From: an uncultured delta proteobacterium
Lineage (GTDB): Bacteria > Desulfobacterota > Deferrimicrobia > Deferrimicrobiales > Deferrimicrobiaceae
DNA: 64,000 nt
NCBI GenBank assembly: GCA_963760885.1
Contig: CAVXEY010000015.1
Span: 449,785-513,784, forward strand
Direction: 5' to 3'
This document shows positions 56,236 to 64,000 of this stretch, piece after piece. Numbering within the stretch: the stretch's first letter is position 1; each line of letters starts with the position of its first letter. The notes below the pieces were generated by a model, which was not told the origin of the DNA, did not search any database, and was given only the letters and a program-made list of their open reading frames with translations. The position numbers and the translations under genes were made by a program.

Positions 56236-57274
56236 CGCGGGTCATCACCATCTCGAACACCTCCCCCGCGTATGCGTGGATGTTGCGGCGCATCTCGATC
56301 AGATACCGCTCGATCTCGGGCCACGCCTTCCGGATCACCGCTCTCTGCTCGGCGTACGCCGCATCGTACTCCTGCTGCATCTTTTCCTGCAGCCGCGCCC
56401 GCTTCGTCCGGTCGTCCGGATACGCCTTCTTCGGGAGGAACTCGTAGATCGGTTCGAAGATGCGGACGTCGGTCTCCTCCAGGTGGAACAGTTCGATGTT
56501 ATCGATCATCACCACTTCCTTCTTCGGGGTGGCGACGTAGTGCCCGTAGCGCAGCGCCGTTCCGATGCAGTCCCCCAGGGCGTCCTGCCGGGCCGCGCCC
56601 GCCGTCCACCACCCGCCGTCGCGGTTGATCCGGGCGAGTGTCACCGAATCGTCGAGGTAGATGTTGGTCCCCTCCTCCTTCGGCTTGAGGAGGACCTCCT
56701 CCCCCTGCGGAGTGACGTGGTAGACGGTCGGGAGGGCGGGCAGCCCCACCAGTTTCGGCAGGCCGCTGTAGATGTATTCGCCGATGCACCCGAAGCGGGA
56801 CAGGTAGAGGTCGAGTTCCTTCCCGTCCGGCGTCCGAACCGTGAAGAGCGTGTCCTTGTGGACCTTCTCGATCAACAGGACCTCGGTGACCTCGAAGTCG
56901 CGGTGCGGCGTCCCCGTCACCTCGTGGAGCAGCGTCAGGATCGCCTTTTTCAGCCCGGTCGCCTTGAACTTGGAGGAGAAGATCGTCACCCGCGCCTCGG
57001 TCGGCATCATCCGGATCGCGCCGCGCACCCAGTTGACGTAGGAGTGGGCGATGCTGATCGGGAGCATGTCGGTGCTGGTCGGGTCGAGGAGTTCGTCCAT
57101 CTTCGCTTCCCAGAGCGGGATGTGCATGCCGAGGAACTCCTGCGGGTTCTCGATCCCGAGGATCTTGAGGATTTTCTCCCGGTCTCCGGTCATACGCTCG
57201 GCGGCGGGTGTCAGGAAATATCGATTCAGGGCGCGCTCGTACTTCTGCAGAGCGGAGTGGGAAGAAGACATCAT
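56207..57274 (-). CDS. uncharacterised conserved-looking cytoplasmic protein (355 aa); no family recognised with confidence
   Basis: It has balanced composition and genome-typical codon usage, whereas the antisense 370-aa ORF is R/L/P-rich junk. GGGAGGG RBS and an MM start. It lies 110 nt downstream of the kefB-like gene on the same strand. Confidence 0.6.
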   Translation of the reverse strand: MMSSSHSALQKYERALNRYFLTPAAERMTGDREKILKILGIENPQEFLGMHIPLWEAKMDELLDPTSTDMLPISIAHSYVNWVRGAIRMMPTEARVTIFSSKFKATGLKKAILTLLHEVTGTPHRDFEVTEVLLIEKVHKDTLFTVRTPDGKELDLYLSRFGCIGEYIYSGLPKLVGLPALPTVYHVTPQGEEVLLKPKEEGTNIYLDDSVTLARINRDGGWWTAGAARQDALGDCIGTALRYGHYVATPKKEVVMIDNIELFHLEETDVRIFEPIYEFLPKKAYPDDRTKRARLQEKMQQEYDAAYAEQRAVIRKAWPEIERYLIEMRRNIHAYAGEVFEMVMTRVKAQVFSGK

Positions 57275-57384
57275 TGCCCTCCCGGCCGATGGATTGGGAA
57301 CGTTATGATCTTATCACCGGCGTCACCTGGTGTGGCGTCTCGCAAACAGCCTGACGCATCGAGAGCGTCGATGCGCCGCGCCAG

Positions 57385-59397
57385 TTAGCGGGATCCCTTT
57401 GCCAGTTCCTCGAGGGTCGCCGCGAGAGGGGCATGCCCCCCGAAGAAGACGAGCTTGTCCCCCGCCTCGATCTTCTCCTCCGGCGACGGGTGCACGATCG
57501 CGCGGTCCTGCCGGAGGACGGCGAGGAGTACGATCCCGGCGCCGTTCCCTGCCGGAAGATCCGCCAGGGGCCGTCCCGCCCAAGGCGAGTCCGGGGAAAC
57601 GAAGAAGACCTCGATCACCTTCTGCCGCAGGAACGTTTCGAACTCCGTCAGCATCCTGATGTCCCTTGCCGGATCCCGCTCCCGCAGGATCCGATACGTC
57701 CCGCTTCGGATCAACTCTTCCTGCTGCAAGATGACATGGTCCGGGACGTGGTACTCGCGCAGGACACGGGAGAAGATCTCCACCGACGTCTCGAACTCCT
57801 CGGGGATGACCGCGTTCGCCCCAAGGGCGATCAGGTCGTCCACGTCCGCCACGTATCGCGTCCGGACGAGGATGACCAGCCGCGGGTTGGCCCGCCGGGC
57901 GACCGCCACGGCGCGTCGGGTCGCCATCGGATCGGAGATGGCCAGAACCAGCATCCGGGCGCGGCCCACCCCGACGCGGTCGAGGATCTCCGGGTTGTTC
58001 ACGTCCCCGTAGAAGATCGGCTCCCCCTCCTCCCGGCCCTCCCGCACCAACGCGTCGTTCAGGTCGACCACGACGTAGGGAACGTGCGTCGAGCGCAGAA
58101 CGCGGGTGAGGTTCTTTCCGTTCATCCCGTACCCGGAAACGATCACGTGGTTCTCGACCCGCACCACTCCAGGCACCTCCCCGCCGTCGGCCTCCTCCCC
58201 GGGATCCTCCGCCTTCACCCCGCGAAAGAAGTGCCGAACGAAGGATCTCGCCACCAACGGAGCCCCCCCCATCAGGAACGGCGTCGCCACCATCGTGAGG
58301 ATCGTGACCGCGAGGAGGTACTGGTACACCTCCGTTCCCACCAGACCTTCCCGGAATCCCTCGGACATCAGGAGGAACGAGAACTCGCCGACCTGCCCGA
58401 GCCCGATCCCGGCGATCACGGAGACCCGCCAGGGGTAGTCCATGGTCCGGATCGCGGCGCCGGCGCAGACCCCCTTCACCAGTACGACCCCGATGGAGAA
58501 AAGAAGGATCACCGGGAGGTGCCGCATGAGGAAGGGAAGGTCGAGCAGCATCCCGACGGAGATGAAGAACACCCCGTTGAAGACGTCCCGGAAGGGGAAG
58601 ATCTGGGCGGCGATCTCGTGGACGTAGACCGACTCGGAGATCACCAATCCGGCGAGGAACGCCCCCATCGCCAGGGAGAGCCCCCACCACCGGGCGATCC
58701 ACGCCGTGCCGAGGATGACGCACATCACCGTCATCGCCAGGATTTCCCGGCTGTTCAGCCGGATGACCTCCTTGAGGAGGAGCGGGATCAGGAAACGCGA
58801 CGCCAGGAGGATCACCGCGACGCCCACCCCCGCCTTGGCCAGCGTGAACGCCACGGTGGAGAACTGGGCCGTCTCCCATTGCCGGAACGAGGGGACGAGC
58901 AGCATCATCGGGATCACGGCCATGTCCTGGAACAGCAAAATGCCGGTCGAGATCTTCCCGTGGGCGCTGTCGATCTCCATCCGGTCGGCGTACACCTTCA
59001 GAACGATCGCGGTGCTCGAAAGGGACAGGACGAACCCGATGAAGATCGCCTCCACGAGGGGAAACCTCGCGAGGGAAAGGACGGCCACGGTGAGCAGGAT
59101 CGTCGCCGAAAGTTGCAGCCCACCCCCCTGCAGGATCTGGCGGCGCATCTTCCCGAGGTTCGCGAGGGAGATCTCCAGCCCGATGGTGAACAGCAGGAGG
59201 GCGACGCCGATCTCGGCGAGGGCGTCCACCATACCGGATTCGGCCACCAGTCCCGCCCCGGTGGGGCCGAGGATGGCGCCGGCGACCAGGAACGCCGCCA
59301 CGACGGACAGGTGGAGCCGTCCGAACAGGAGCGCAACCGCCGTGGCGATCGCCAGGACGATGGACAGGTCGCGTAGGACCAGGGGAAGGTCGGTCAA
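57385..59397 (-). CDS. Kef-type monovalent cation:proton antiporter (CPA2) with TrkA-N and TrkA-C (RCK) domains
   Basis: TTG start at 59395-97 (MTDLPLVLRDLSIVLAIA...) after GGGAGG. It has 12-13 TM helices, the Rossmann VIVSGYGMNGK of TrkA-N and a TrkA-C tail (...GIVLLAVLRQDRAIVHPSPEEKIEAGDKLVFFG). Confidence 0.8.
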   Translation of the reverse strand: MTDLPLVLRDLSIVLAIATAVALLFGRLHLSVVAAFLVAGAILGPTGAGLVAESGMVDALAEIGVALLLFTIGLEISLANLGKMRRQILQGGGLQLSATILLTVAVLSLARFPLVEAIFIGFVLSLSSTAIVLKVYADRMEIDSAHGKISTGILLFQDMAVIPMMLLVPSFRQWETAQFSTVAFTLAKAGVGVAVILLASRFLIPLLLKEVIRLNSREILAMTVMCVILGTAWIARWWGLSLAMGAFLAGLVISESVYVHEIAAQIFPFRDVFNGVFFISVGMLLDLPFLMRHLPVILLFSIGVVLVKGVCAGAAIRTMDYPWRVSVIAGIGLGQVGEFSFLLMSEGFREGLVGTEVYQYLLAVTILTMVATPFLMGGAPLVARSFVRHFFRGVKAEDPGEEADGGEVPGVVRVENHVIVSGYGMNGKNLTRVLRSTHVPYVVVDLNDALVREGREEGEPIFYGDVNNPEILDRVGVGRARMLVLAISDPMATRRAVAVARRANPRLVILVRTRYVADVDDLIALGANAVIPEEFETSVEIFSRVLREYHVPDHVILQQEELIRSGTYRILRERDPARDIRMLTEFETFLRQKVIEVFFVSPDSPWAGRPLADLPAGNGAGIVLLAVLRQDRAIVHPSPEEKIEAGDKLVFFGGHAPLAATLEELAKGSR

Positions 59398-59689
59398 CGG
59401 TCCTCCCGGAGGCGAGAGCGCTGTACTCAGTTGCGAGACGCTACACCTCAGTCTACCAGTCCGGGGACGCCGGGGGATCCGCCCCCCTCCCGGGGGAGGG
59501 AAAAATCCCCTTAAAGTTCTCCCGACGGAATTCCGAAGAGAGAATGCAGAAGAACGGTAACGCCTGCCTCCCCTCCCCGGGGAGGCAACTGCCCGCACAC
59601 CCCTCCAACGGTTCGCGGGTGACGCGAACGGTCCCCCGGGGTTCCCGCCTATACCCCGGGGGCTCGCATTTTCCGGTCCGTCCCGGTGG
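59398..59689 (-). promoter_or_regulatory. 292-nt GC-rich structured leader/intergenic region with four CCCCGGGG-core palindromes and additional hairpins; candidate cis-regulatory RNA and/or terminator cluster
   Basis: There are 14-nt perfect palindromes CCTCCCCGGGGAGG (59572-59585) and CCCTCCcgggGGAGGG (59485-59500), plus CCCCCGGGG (59633-41) and CCCCGGGGG (59654-62), and the 7-bp hairpin GTTCGCG-ggtga-CGCGAAC (59611-29). The region is non-coding in all frames. Confidence 0.35.
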
Positions 59690-61009
59690 CTAGAATGTCC
59701 CCGCTTCCGCAAGACGACGGTACTCCCCTTCCGTCATCCCGAGGATTCCCAGGTACACGTCCCGGTTGTCCGACCCCGGGGGCCGGCACCCGGATTTCCA
59801 TCGCGCCGGGGTCCCGCTCATCTTCCAGGGGGGCGCGGCGAGCAGCAGTTCGCCGTAGGAGGGATCCCCCGCGCGCAGGAAACACCCTCTCTCCCGCCAA
59901 TGCGTCTCGGAGAGCGTCTCGAGTGGCCGATTCACCCGCCCCGTGACCACGGCGGCGGCGGGACCGCCTCGCTTCGAGGTGTACTCCTCGACCGCCTCCA
60001 GGATCTCGTCGGCCGTGCGATCGCCGGACCACTCCTCGAGGATCGAAAGGAGCGCCCGTTCGTTCTCGAGGGCGACCCGGCACTTCGGCGTGGAGAACCG
60101 CGGGTCGCGTGCCACTTCCGGGCGGCCGATGATGTGCATCAGCGAATTGAACGCCTCGTCGTTGTAGGCGGCGATGAAGGTGTAGCCGTCCCGGCACCGG
60201 ATGTAGGTGTACGGGAAGACGGCGGGGTCGAAGTTCCCGACCCGCTCGCGCGCCTTTCCCCCCGTGTGCATCCAGGTGATGTTGTAGTCCGTGAACATCA
60301 TCAGCGACTCGGCGCCCGATAGGTCCACGGCCTGGCCCTTTCCGGTCTCCGCGCGGAAATGAAGCGCCGCGAGAACCCCGTAGGCTCCCCACAGCCCCTG
60401 GACGAACGCCCCGTGCCAGTTTCCGAGGCGGGTCGGGGCCTGGTGCGGCAGCGGCGTGCCGTCCTCCCGCTCCGGCTCTCCGACGATGTGCGGAGCCCCG
60501 GAGAGCGCCTGGCAGAGGATGTCGCTGTCCAGCACGGGACGGGAGGCGTCGGGACCGAACGCTCCGTAGGTGGAGAGGGAGAGGTAGACGATCCCCGGGC
60601 GTTCTCCCCGCAAGGAGGGGTAGTCGCACCCCATCGCCTCCATGCGCTCGGGCGGCTCGGTCGTAATGATCACGTCCGCGGAGAGGGCGAGGCGCCGGAA
60701 GACGTCCCTGCCGGCGGGGTCGTCCGCGTCAAGGGTGACGAAGCGGCGGTTGCGCGCTTCGGAGAGGAACGGGAGCCCCGTCCCGGCCACAAGGATTCCC
60801 CCGGGGGCCACGAGGCGGAGCGGGTCGCCCTCGGGAGGTTCCACCTTGATCGTCTCGGCGCCGAATTCCGACAGGATCGAGGCGGCCACCATACCCCCGA
60901 AGTGGCCGGGGCAGAATTCGAGTACCCGGATCCCTTCGAGCGCCTCGGGCTTCCCGCCCGCGGCCGAAGGCTCCGTCGCCTCCCGCACCCACCCCGCGAA
61001 ACCGCTCAT
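59690..61009 (-). CDS. family III CoA-transferase (CaiB/BaiF/Frc-like)
   Basis: Start MSGFAGWVREATEP at the ATG 61007-09, overlapping the upstream stop (ATGA). It has the ...LEGIRVLEFCPGHFGGMVAASILSEFGAE... N-terminal Rossmann-like CoA-binding region and is 440 aa. Confidence 0.75.
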   Translation of the reverse strand: MSGFAGWVREATEPSAAGGKPEALEGIRVLEFCPGHFGGMVAASILSEFGAETIKVEPPEGDPLRLVAPGGILVAGTGLPFLSEARNRRFVTLDADDPAGRDVFRRLALSADVIITTEPPERMEAMGCDYPSLRGERPGIVYLSLSTYGAFGPDASRPVLDSDILCQALSGAPHIVGEPEREDGTPLPHQAPTRLGNWHGAFVQGLWGAYGVLAALHFRAETGKGQAVDLSGAESLMMFTDYNITWMHTGGKARERVGNFDPAVFPYTYIRCRDGYTFIAAYNDEAFNSLMHIIGRPEVARDPRFSTPKCRVALENERALLSILEEWSGDRTADEILEAVEEYTSKRGGPAAAVVTGRVNRPLETLSETHWRERGCFLRAGDPSYGELLLAAPPWKMSGTPARWKSGCRPPGSDNRDVYLGILGMTEGEYRRLAEAGTF

Positions 61010-62289
61010 GGCGCATTTCCCTTCGGCGGCCGGGCGCCGGGGATGTCGGCCCACGTCCCGATCACCTTCTTCCGGGCGAGCGCCTCCATCTCGCCCGCGG
61101 TCATCCCCAGCAGATCCCCGAAGACCCGCTCGTTGTGCCACCCCACCGGTTTCGCGCTCCACTTCACCCTCCCCGGGCTCTCCGACAGCTTCGGCGCCGG
61201 ACCGTACTCGTCCACGCGGCCGTAGAGGGGATCTTCCACCGAACAGACCGTTCCGCGGGCCCTCAGGTGCGGGTCGTGGTACTGCTCCTTCCCTCCGCGC
61301 ACCGGCGCCGCGGAGAACCCGGCACCCTCGGCCAGCCGCACGACCTCGTCGACCCTCCGGGAGGCGCAGTACTCCCCCACGCGTTCCGGCGTTGCGATCC
61401 ATGTCCCCTCCGGATCGGTGGCTCCCATGGCGTGCGCAAGGGGAATCAACTCGTCCTCGTCCCGAGCGGAGATCGCGACGAACCCGTCGCGGCAGCGGTA
61501 GATCCCGGAGGGAGGATACGAAGGGTCGACGTTCCCGTTCCGCGCGCGGTCCTTTCCCGTCATCCCGGCGTACGGCCACGTCCAGTCGAGCGTGCGGATC
61601 ATCGCCTCGGCCTGCGAAAGGTCGATCATCTGCCCTTCCCCGGTCTTCCGGCGCGCGGCGAGAGCCGCGAGGATCGCGATGGCGGACATCAACGCGGCGG
61701 TGTAGTCCCCGACCCAGAACCCCGCCTTCATCGGCGGCTGGTCCGGAAACCCCGTGATGGCGGAGAACCCGGAAACGGCCTGGGCGGTGGCGTCGTACGA
61801 CGCCCTCCCCGCCGAGAACGGCCCCCATTGCCCGAACCCCGAGTTGGCGGCGTAGACGATCCGGGGGTTTCGCTCCCGAAGCTGCAGGTACCCGACCCCC
61901 CACGCGTCCATCGTGCCGGCGCGGAGATTCTCCAGGACGACATCGGACCGTTCCGCGAGCCGCAGGAAGATCTCCTTCCCCTCATCCGGGTGCAGGTCGA
62001 GCCCCACATGGAACTTGTTCCGGTTCAGGGGGAGGAAGGCCGGCGACATCTCCTTCCAGAAGAACCCTTCGGGCGAAACGTATCGCATCAAGTCGCCGCG
62101 GGGCGGCATCTCGACCTTGATCACCTCGGCGCCGAAAAGGCCGAGGTAATCCGTGGTGGCCGGCCCGAAGATCCGCGTCGCCACCTCGAGGACGCGCACC
62201 CCCGCGAGCGCCTCGGGCTTCCCCGGGATCGCCGCGGGGTCGAAGGCCCGCCCGGCGAAGGCCCGGAAGCGACCGGGGTCAGACGGCAA
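61006..62289 (-). CDS. family III CoA-transferase (CaiB/BaiF/Frc-like), paralog
   Basis: ...LAGVRVLEVATRIFGPATTDYLGLFGAEVIKVE... with a probable TTG start at 62289 overlapping the livF 3' end. 427 aa. Confidence 0.7.
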   Translation of the reverse strand: MPSDPGRFRAFAGRAFDPAAIPGKPEALAGVRVLEVATRIFGPATTDYLGLFGAEVIKVEMPPRGDLMRYVSPEGFFWKEMSPAFLPLNRNKFHVGLDLHPDEGKEIFLRLAERSDVVLENLRAGTMDAWGVGYLQLRERNPRIVYAANSGFGQWGPFSAGRASYDATAQAVSGFSAITGFPDQPPMKAGFWVGDYTAALMSAIAILAALAARRKTGEGQMIDLSQAEAMIRTLDWTWPYAGMTGKDRARNGNVDPSYPPSGIYRCRDGFVAISARDEDELIPLAHAMGATDPEGTWIATPERVGEYCASRRVDEVVRLAEGAGFSAAPVRGGKEQYHDPHLRARGTVCSVEDPLYGRVDEYGPAPKLSESPGRVKWSAKPVGWHNERVFGDLLGMTAGEMEALARKKVIGTWADIPGARPPKGNAP

Positions 62290-62986
62290 GGTACTTTTCC
62301 TTGATCTCGTCGTTGGCCAGAAGCTCCTTCATCGTCCCCTCGTACTTCACCGACCCCTTGTCGATCACGAAAGCGCGGTCCGAAACCTTGGCGCAGAAGT
62401 GCAGGTTCTGCTCCGCGAGAAGGACCGTCACCCCCTCCTTCCGGATCCGGAGGATCATCTCGGCCAGAAGGGATACGACCAGCGGCGCCAGCCCTTCCGA
62501 CGGTTCGTCGAGGAGGAGCACCTCGGGGTTCGTCATCAGCGTGCGGGCGATGGTGAGCATCTGCTGCTCGCCGCCGGACAGCTGGCTCCCGAGGTTCTTC
62601 TCCCGCTCCTGCAGCCGGGGAAAGAGGGCGTAGACCCGGTCGACCGTCCAGGGCGAGGCGACTTCCTTCTCCCTCCTGGCGGCGACCTCCAGATTGTCAC
62701 GGACCGTCAGGTCCGGAAAGCATCGGCGGTCCTCGGGGACGAAGCCGACCCCCTTCCGGCAGATCCGGAAGGCCCGCAGTCCGGAGATCCGCTCCCCCTT
62801 GAAGATCACCTCGCCCGTCTGCGGCGGGGTGAGCCCGATGATCGAGCGGAACGTGGTGCTCTTCCCGGCGCCGTTGCGGCCGATGAGGCTCACCACCTCC
62901 CCCTTCTCGATGGAGAGCGATACGTCGAACAGGATGTGGCTCCGGCCGTAATAGGTGTTGATCGAGTTCAGGTCGAGAAACGCCAT
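62279..62986 (-). CDS. livF: branched-chain amino acid-type ABC transporter ATP-binding protein LivF
   Basis: It has Walker A GRNGAGKST, LSGGEQQ and LLLDEP. 235 aa. Confidence 0.85.
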   Translation of the reverse strand: MAFLDLNSINTYYGRSHILFDVSLSIEKGEVVSLIGRNGAGKSTTFRSIIGLTPPQTGEVIFKGERISGLRAFRICRKGVGFVPEDRRCFPDLTVRDNLEVAARREKEVASPWTVDRVYALFPRLQEREKNLGSQLSGGEQQMLTIARTLMTNPEVLLLDEPSEGLAPLVVSLLAEMILRIRKEGVTVLLAEQNLHFCAKVSDRAFVIDKGSVKYEGTMKELLANDEIKEKYLAV

Positions 62987-62990
62987 GGGG

Positions 62991-63749
62991 TCAGCTCTCC
63001 GTGATTTCCTCCCCGAGGTACGCCTTGCGCACTTCGGGGTTCGCCTTGATCTCCGCCGGCGTCCCGTCGGCGATGACGGCCCCCTGCTGGAGGACCATGA
63101 TCTTCTCCGAGATCGCGAAGACGATGTCCATGTCGTGCTCGGTGAAGATGAGCGTCAGCCCCTGCTCCCGGGAAATCCTCTGCAGAAGGGCGACGGTCTC
63201 CCGGCTCTCGAACCGGGACATCCCGGCGGTGGGCTCGTCGAGCATCAGCAGCTTCGGGCGGGACGCGAGGGAGACGGCGATCTCGAGCCGCTTCTGATCC
63301 CCGTGCGACAGGACCGAGGCCGAGGAATCGCATTTCTCCGCCAGCCCCACCTGACCGAGGAGGGCCAGCGCTTCCTCGCCGACGCGCCCGAAGGTTCGCG
63401 CCATCGAGAGGGGGTTGCCGCCCATCCGGTGATGGGAAAACAGGGCCACCTGGACGTTCTCGAAGACCGACATCCGCGGGAAGATGTTGGTGATCTGGAA
63501 GGAGCGGCCGATCCCTTTCCGGATGATCCGGTACGGGGGCAGACCGGTGATCGGTTCCCCCTCGAACACGATGCTGCCCGCGTCGGGCCGGATCAGCCCC
63601 GTCATGACGTTGAAAAGCGTCGACTTGCCCGCACCGTTCGGCCCGATGACGGCGCGGATCTCGCCCTTCGCCACGGAGAGGGAGACGTCCTGGAGCGCCC
63701 GAAGGCCTCCGAACGACTTTACGACCTTTCGGACTTCGAGAAGGACCAT
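62991..63749 (-). CDS. livG: branched-chain amino acid-type ABC transporter ATP-binding protein LivG
   Basis: Start MVLLEVRKVVKSFGGL at 63749 (a GTG 4 codons upstream is an alternative). It has GPNGAGKST, LSHGDQKR and LMLDEP. Confidence 0.85.
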   Translation of the reverse strand: MVLLEVRKVVKSFGGLRALQDVSLSVAKGEIRAVIGPNGAGKSTLFNVMTGLIRPDAGSIVFEGEPITGLPPYRIIRKGIGRSFQITNIFPRMSVFENVQVALFSHHRMGGNPLSMARTFGRVGEEALALLGQVGLAEKCDSSASVLSHGDQKRLEIAVSLASRPKLLMLDEPTAGMSRFESRETVALLQRISREQGLTLIFTEHDMDIVFAISEKIMVLQQGAVIADGTPAEIKANPEVRKAYLGEEITES

Positions 63750-64000
63750 TTGCGGATGCACCCGAGCTTTCCGAGGGTGTGACGCGCCTTTTCGTTCACG
63801 AACCCGACCGCGCCGCCCGGGAGGAGCAGCACCAGCGTCAGCAGGACCAGGCCGAGCACCAGGGCCCAATTTTCGGTCCAGGCGACAAGATACGAGTTGA
63901 GGATGACGTAGACGACCGCCCCCACGGCGGGGCCGGCGAAGGTGTAGATCCCGCCGATGATGGTCATGAACACCGGCTCGGCGGACTTGCTCCAGTGGAT
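63719..64000 (-). CDS. livM: ABC transporter permease LivM-like, C-terminal fragment (5' end beyond window)
   Basis: Hydrophobic C-terminal TM segments ...GGIYTFAGPAVGAVVYVILNSYLVAW.... The 31-nt overlap with the livG start is unusually long, so its 3' end may also carry an indel. Confidence 0.6.
   Translation of the reverse strand: MHWSKSAEPVFMTIIGGIYTFAGPAVGAVVYVILNSYLVAWTENWALVLGLVLLTLVLLLPGGAVGFVNEKARHTLGKLGCIRKWSFSKSERS

Noticed and set aside
59398-59689. Treating the GC-rich palindromes simply as a rho-independent terminator of the CoA-transferase operon
   Set aside because: Not rejected outright, but no U-tract follows any hairpin on the transcribed strand. The multiplicity of palindromes argues for a more complex element, so it is reported as a finding instead.
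1-64000. CRISPR arrays, tandem direct repeats, tRNA/rRNA genes, integrases, transposases, phage genes
   Set aside because: Scanned by eye for repeat-spacer periodicity, tRNA-like T-arm sequences (GTTCGAATCC-type) and recombinase motifs, and found none. GC content and codon usage are uniform, so there is no evidence of a mobile island.

Overview
This is a high-GC (roughly 65-70%), densely coding bacterial chromosomal segment carrying about 65 protein-coding genes. I found no rRNA, tRNA, CRISPR array, integrase or transposase, so it looks like core chromosome rather than a mobile island. The gene content suggests a Gram-negative, probably anaerobic or microaerophilic organism of deltaproteobacterial or acidobacterial type. 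That content includes 2-oxoacid:ferredoxin oxidoreductase, cytochrome bd oxidase, several c-type cytochromes, a Rieske/cytochrome b complex, TolC, an Lpp-like lipoprotein and bactofilin.

In order along the window the genes are:
- korAB (5' truncated at the window edge), a cytochrome c and a UspA-family protein.
- Two GGDEF diguanylate cyclases flanking an NAD-malic enzyme.
- An FMN reductase.
- A four-gene sugar-type ABC importer.
- An MBL hydrolase and an enolase-superfamily enzyme.
- A cluster of small envelope proteins (DoxX, glycine-zipper lipoprotein, DUF1614-like, DUF1059).
- cydA-cydB-lgt plus a VIT-family transporter, with cydA and cydB each frame-broken in a poly-G run.
- A HlyD/EmrB-type efflux pair (emrB frame-broken in a poly-C run) and a second MFS transporter.
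- Two small lipoproteins, a GH15 glucoamylase, an SDR and FtsH.
- A HAD hydrolase, a cytochrome c553-like protein and an M16 peptidase.
- A Rieske protein plus cytochrome b fused to a diheme cytochrome c.
- UspA, a 6-phosphogluconate-dehydrogenase-like protein, an Lpp-like lipoprotein, an L,D-transpeptidase, a SYLF protein, NudC and TolC.
- A small DUF4112-like membrane protein and an internally duplicated outer-membrane protein.
- A Spy/CpxP-like protein (apparently frameshifted), an ECF sigma, an anti-sigma and a second CpxP-like protein.
- A 10-codon Cys-rich micro-ORF with a perfect Shine-Dalgarno.
- A VWA protein divergent from a second ECF sigma and zinc-finger anti-sigma.
- An M23 peptidase plus bactofilin.
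- A radical SAM protein with non-canonical Cx4Cx2C spacing, a hotdog thioesterase and an uncharacterised 355-aa protein.
- A KefB-like K+/H+ antiporter preceded by a 292-nt hairpin-rich leader.
- Two tandem family III CoA-transferases and livF, livG and a partial livM.

The most notable observations are:
- At least four single-base homopolymer indels disrupt otherwise intact genes, which is more likely assembly error than biology.
- The cytochrome b / diheme c fusion has a Pro-rich linker and a C-terminal anchor.
- The structured leader in front of the K+ antiporter is a candidate cis-regulatory RNA.
- The Cys-rich micro-ORF sits in a 330-nt non-coding stretch.
- An unrecognisable 355-aa protein sits downstream of the Kef antiporter and could be a novel ancillary factor.
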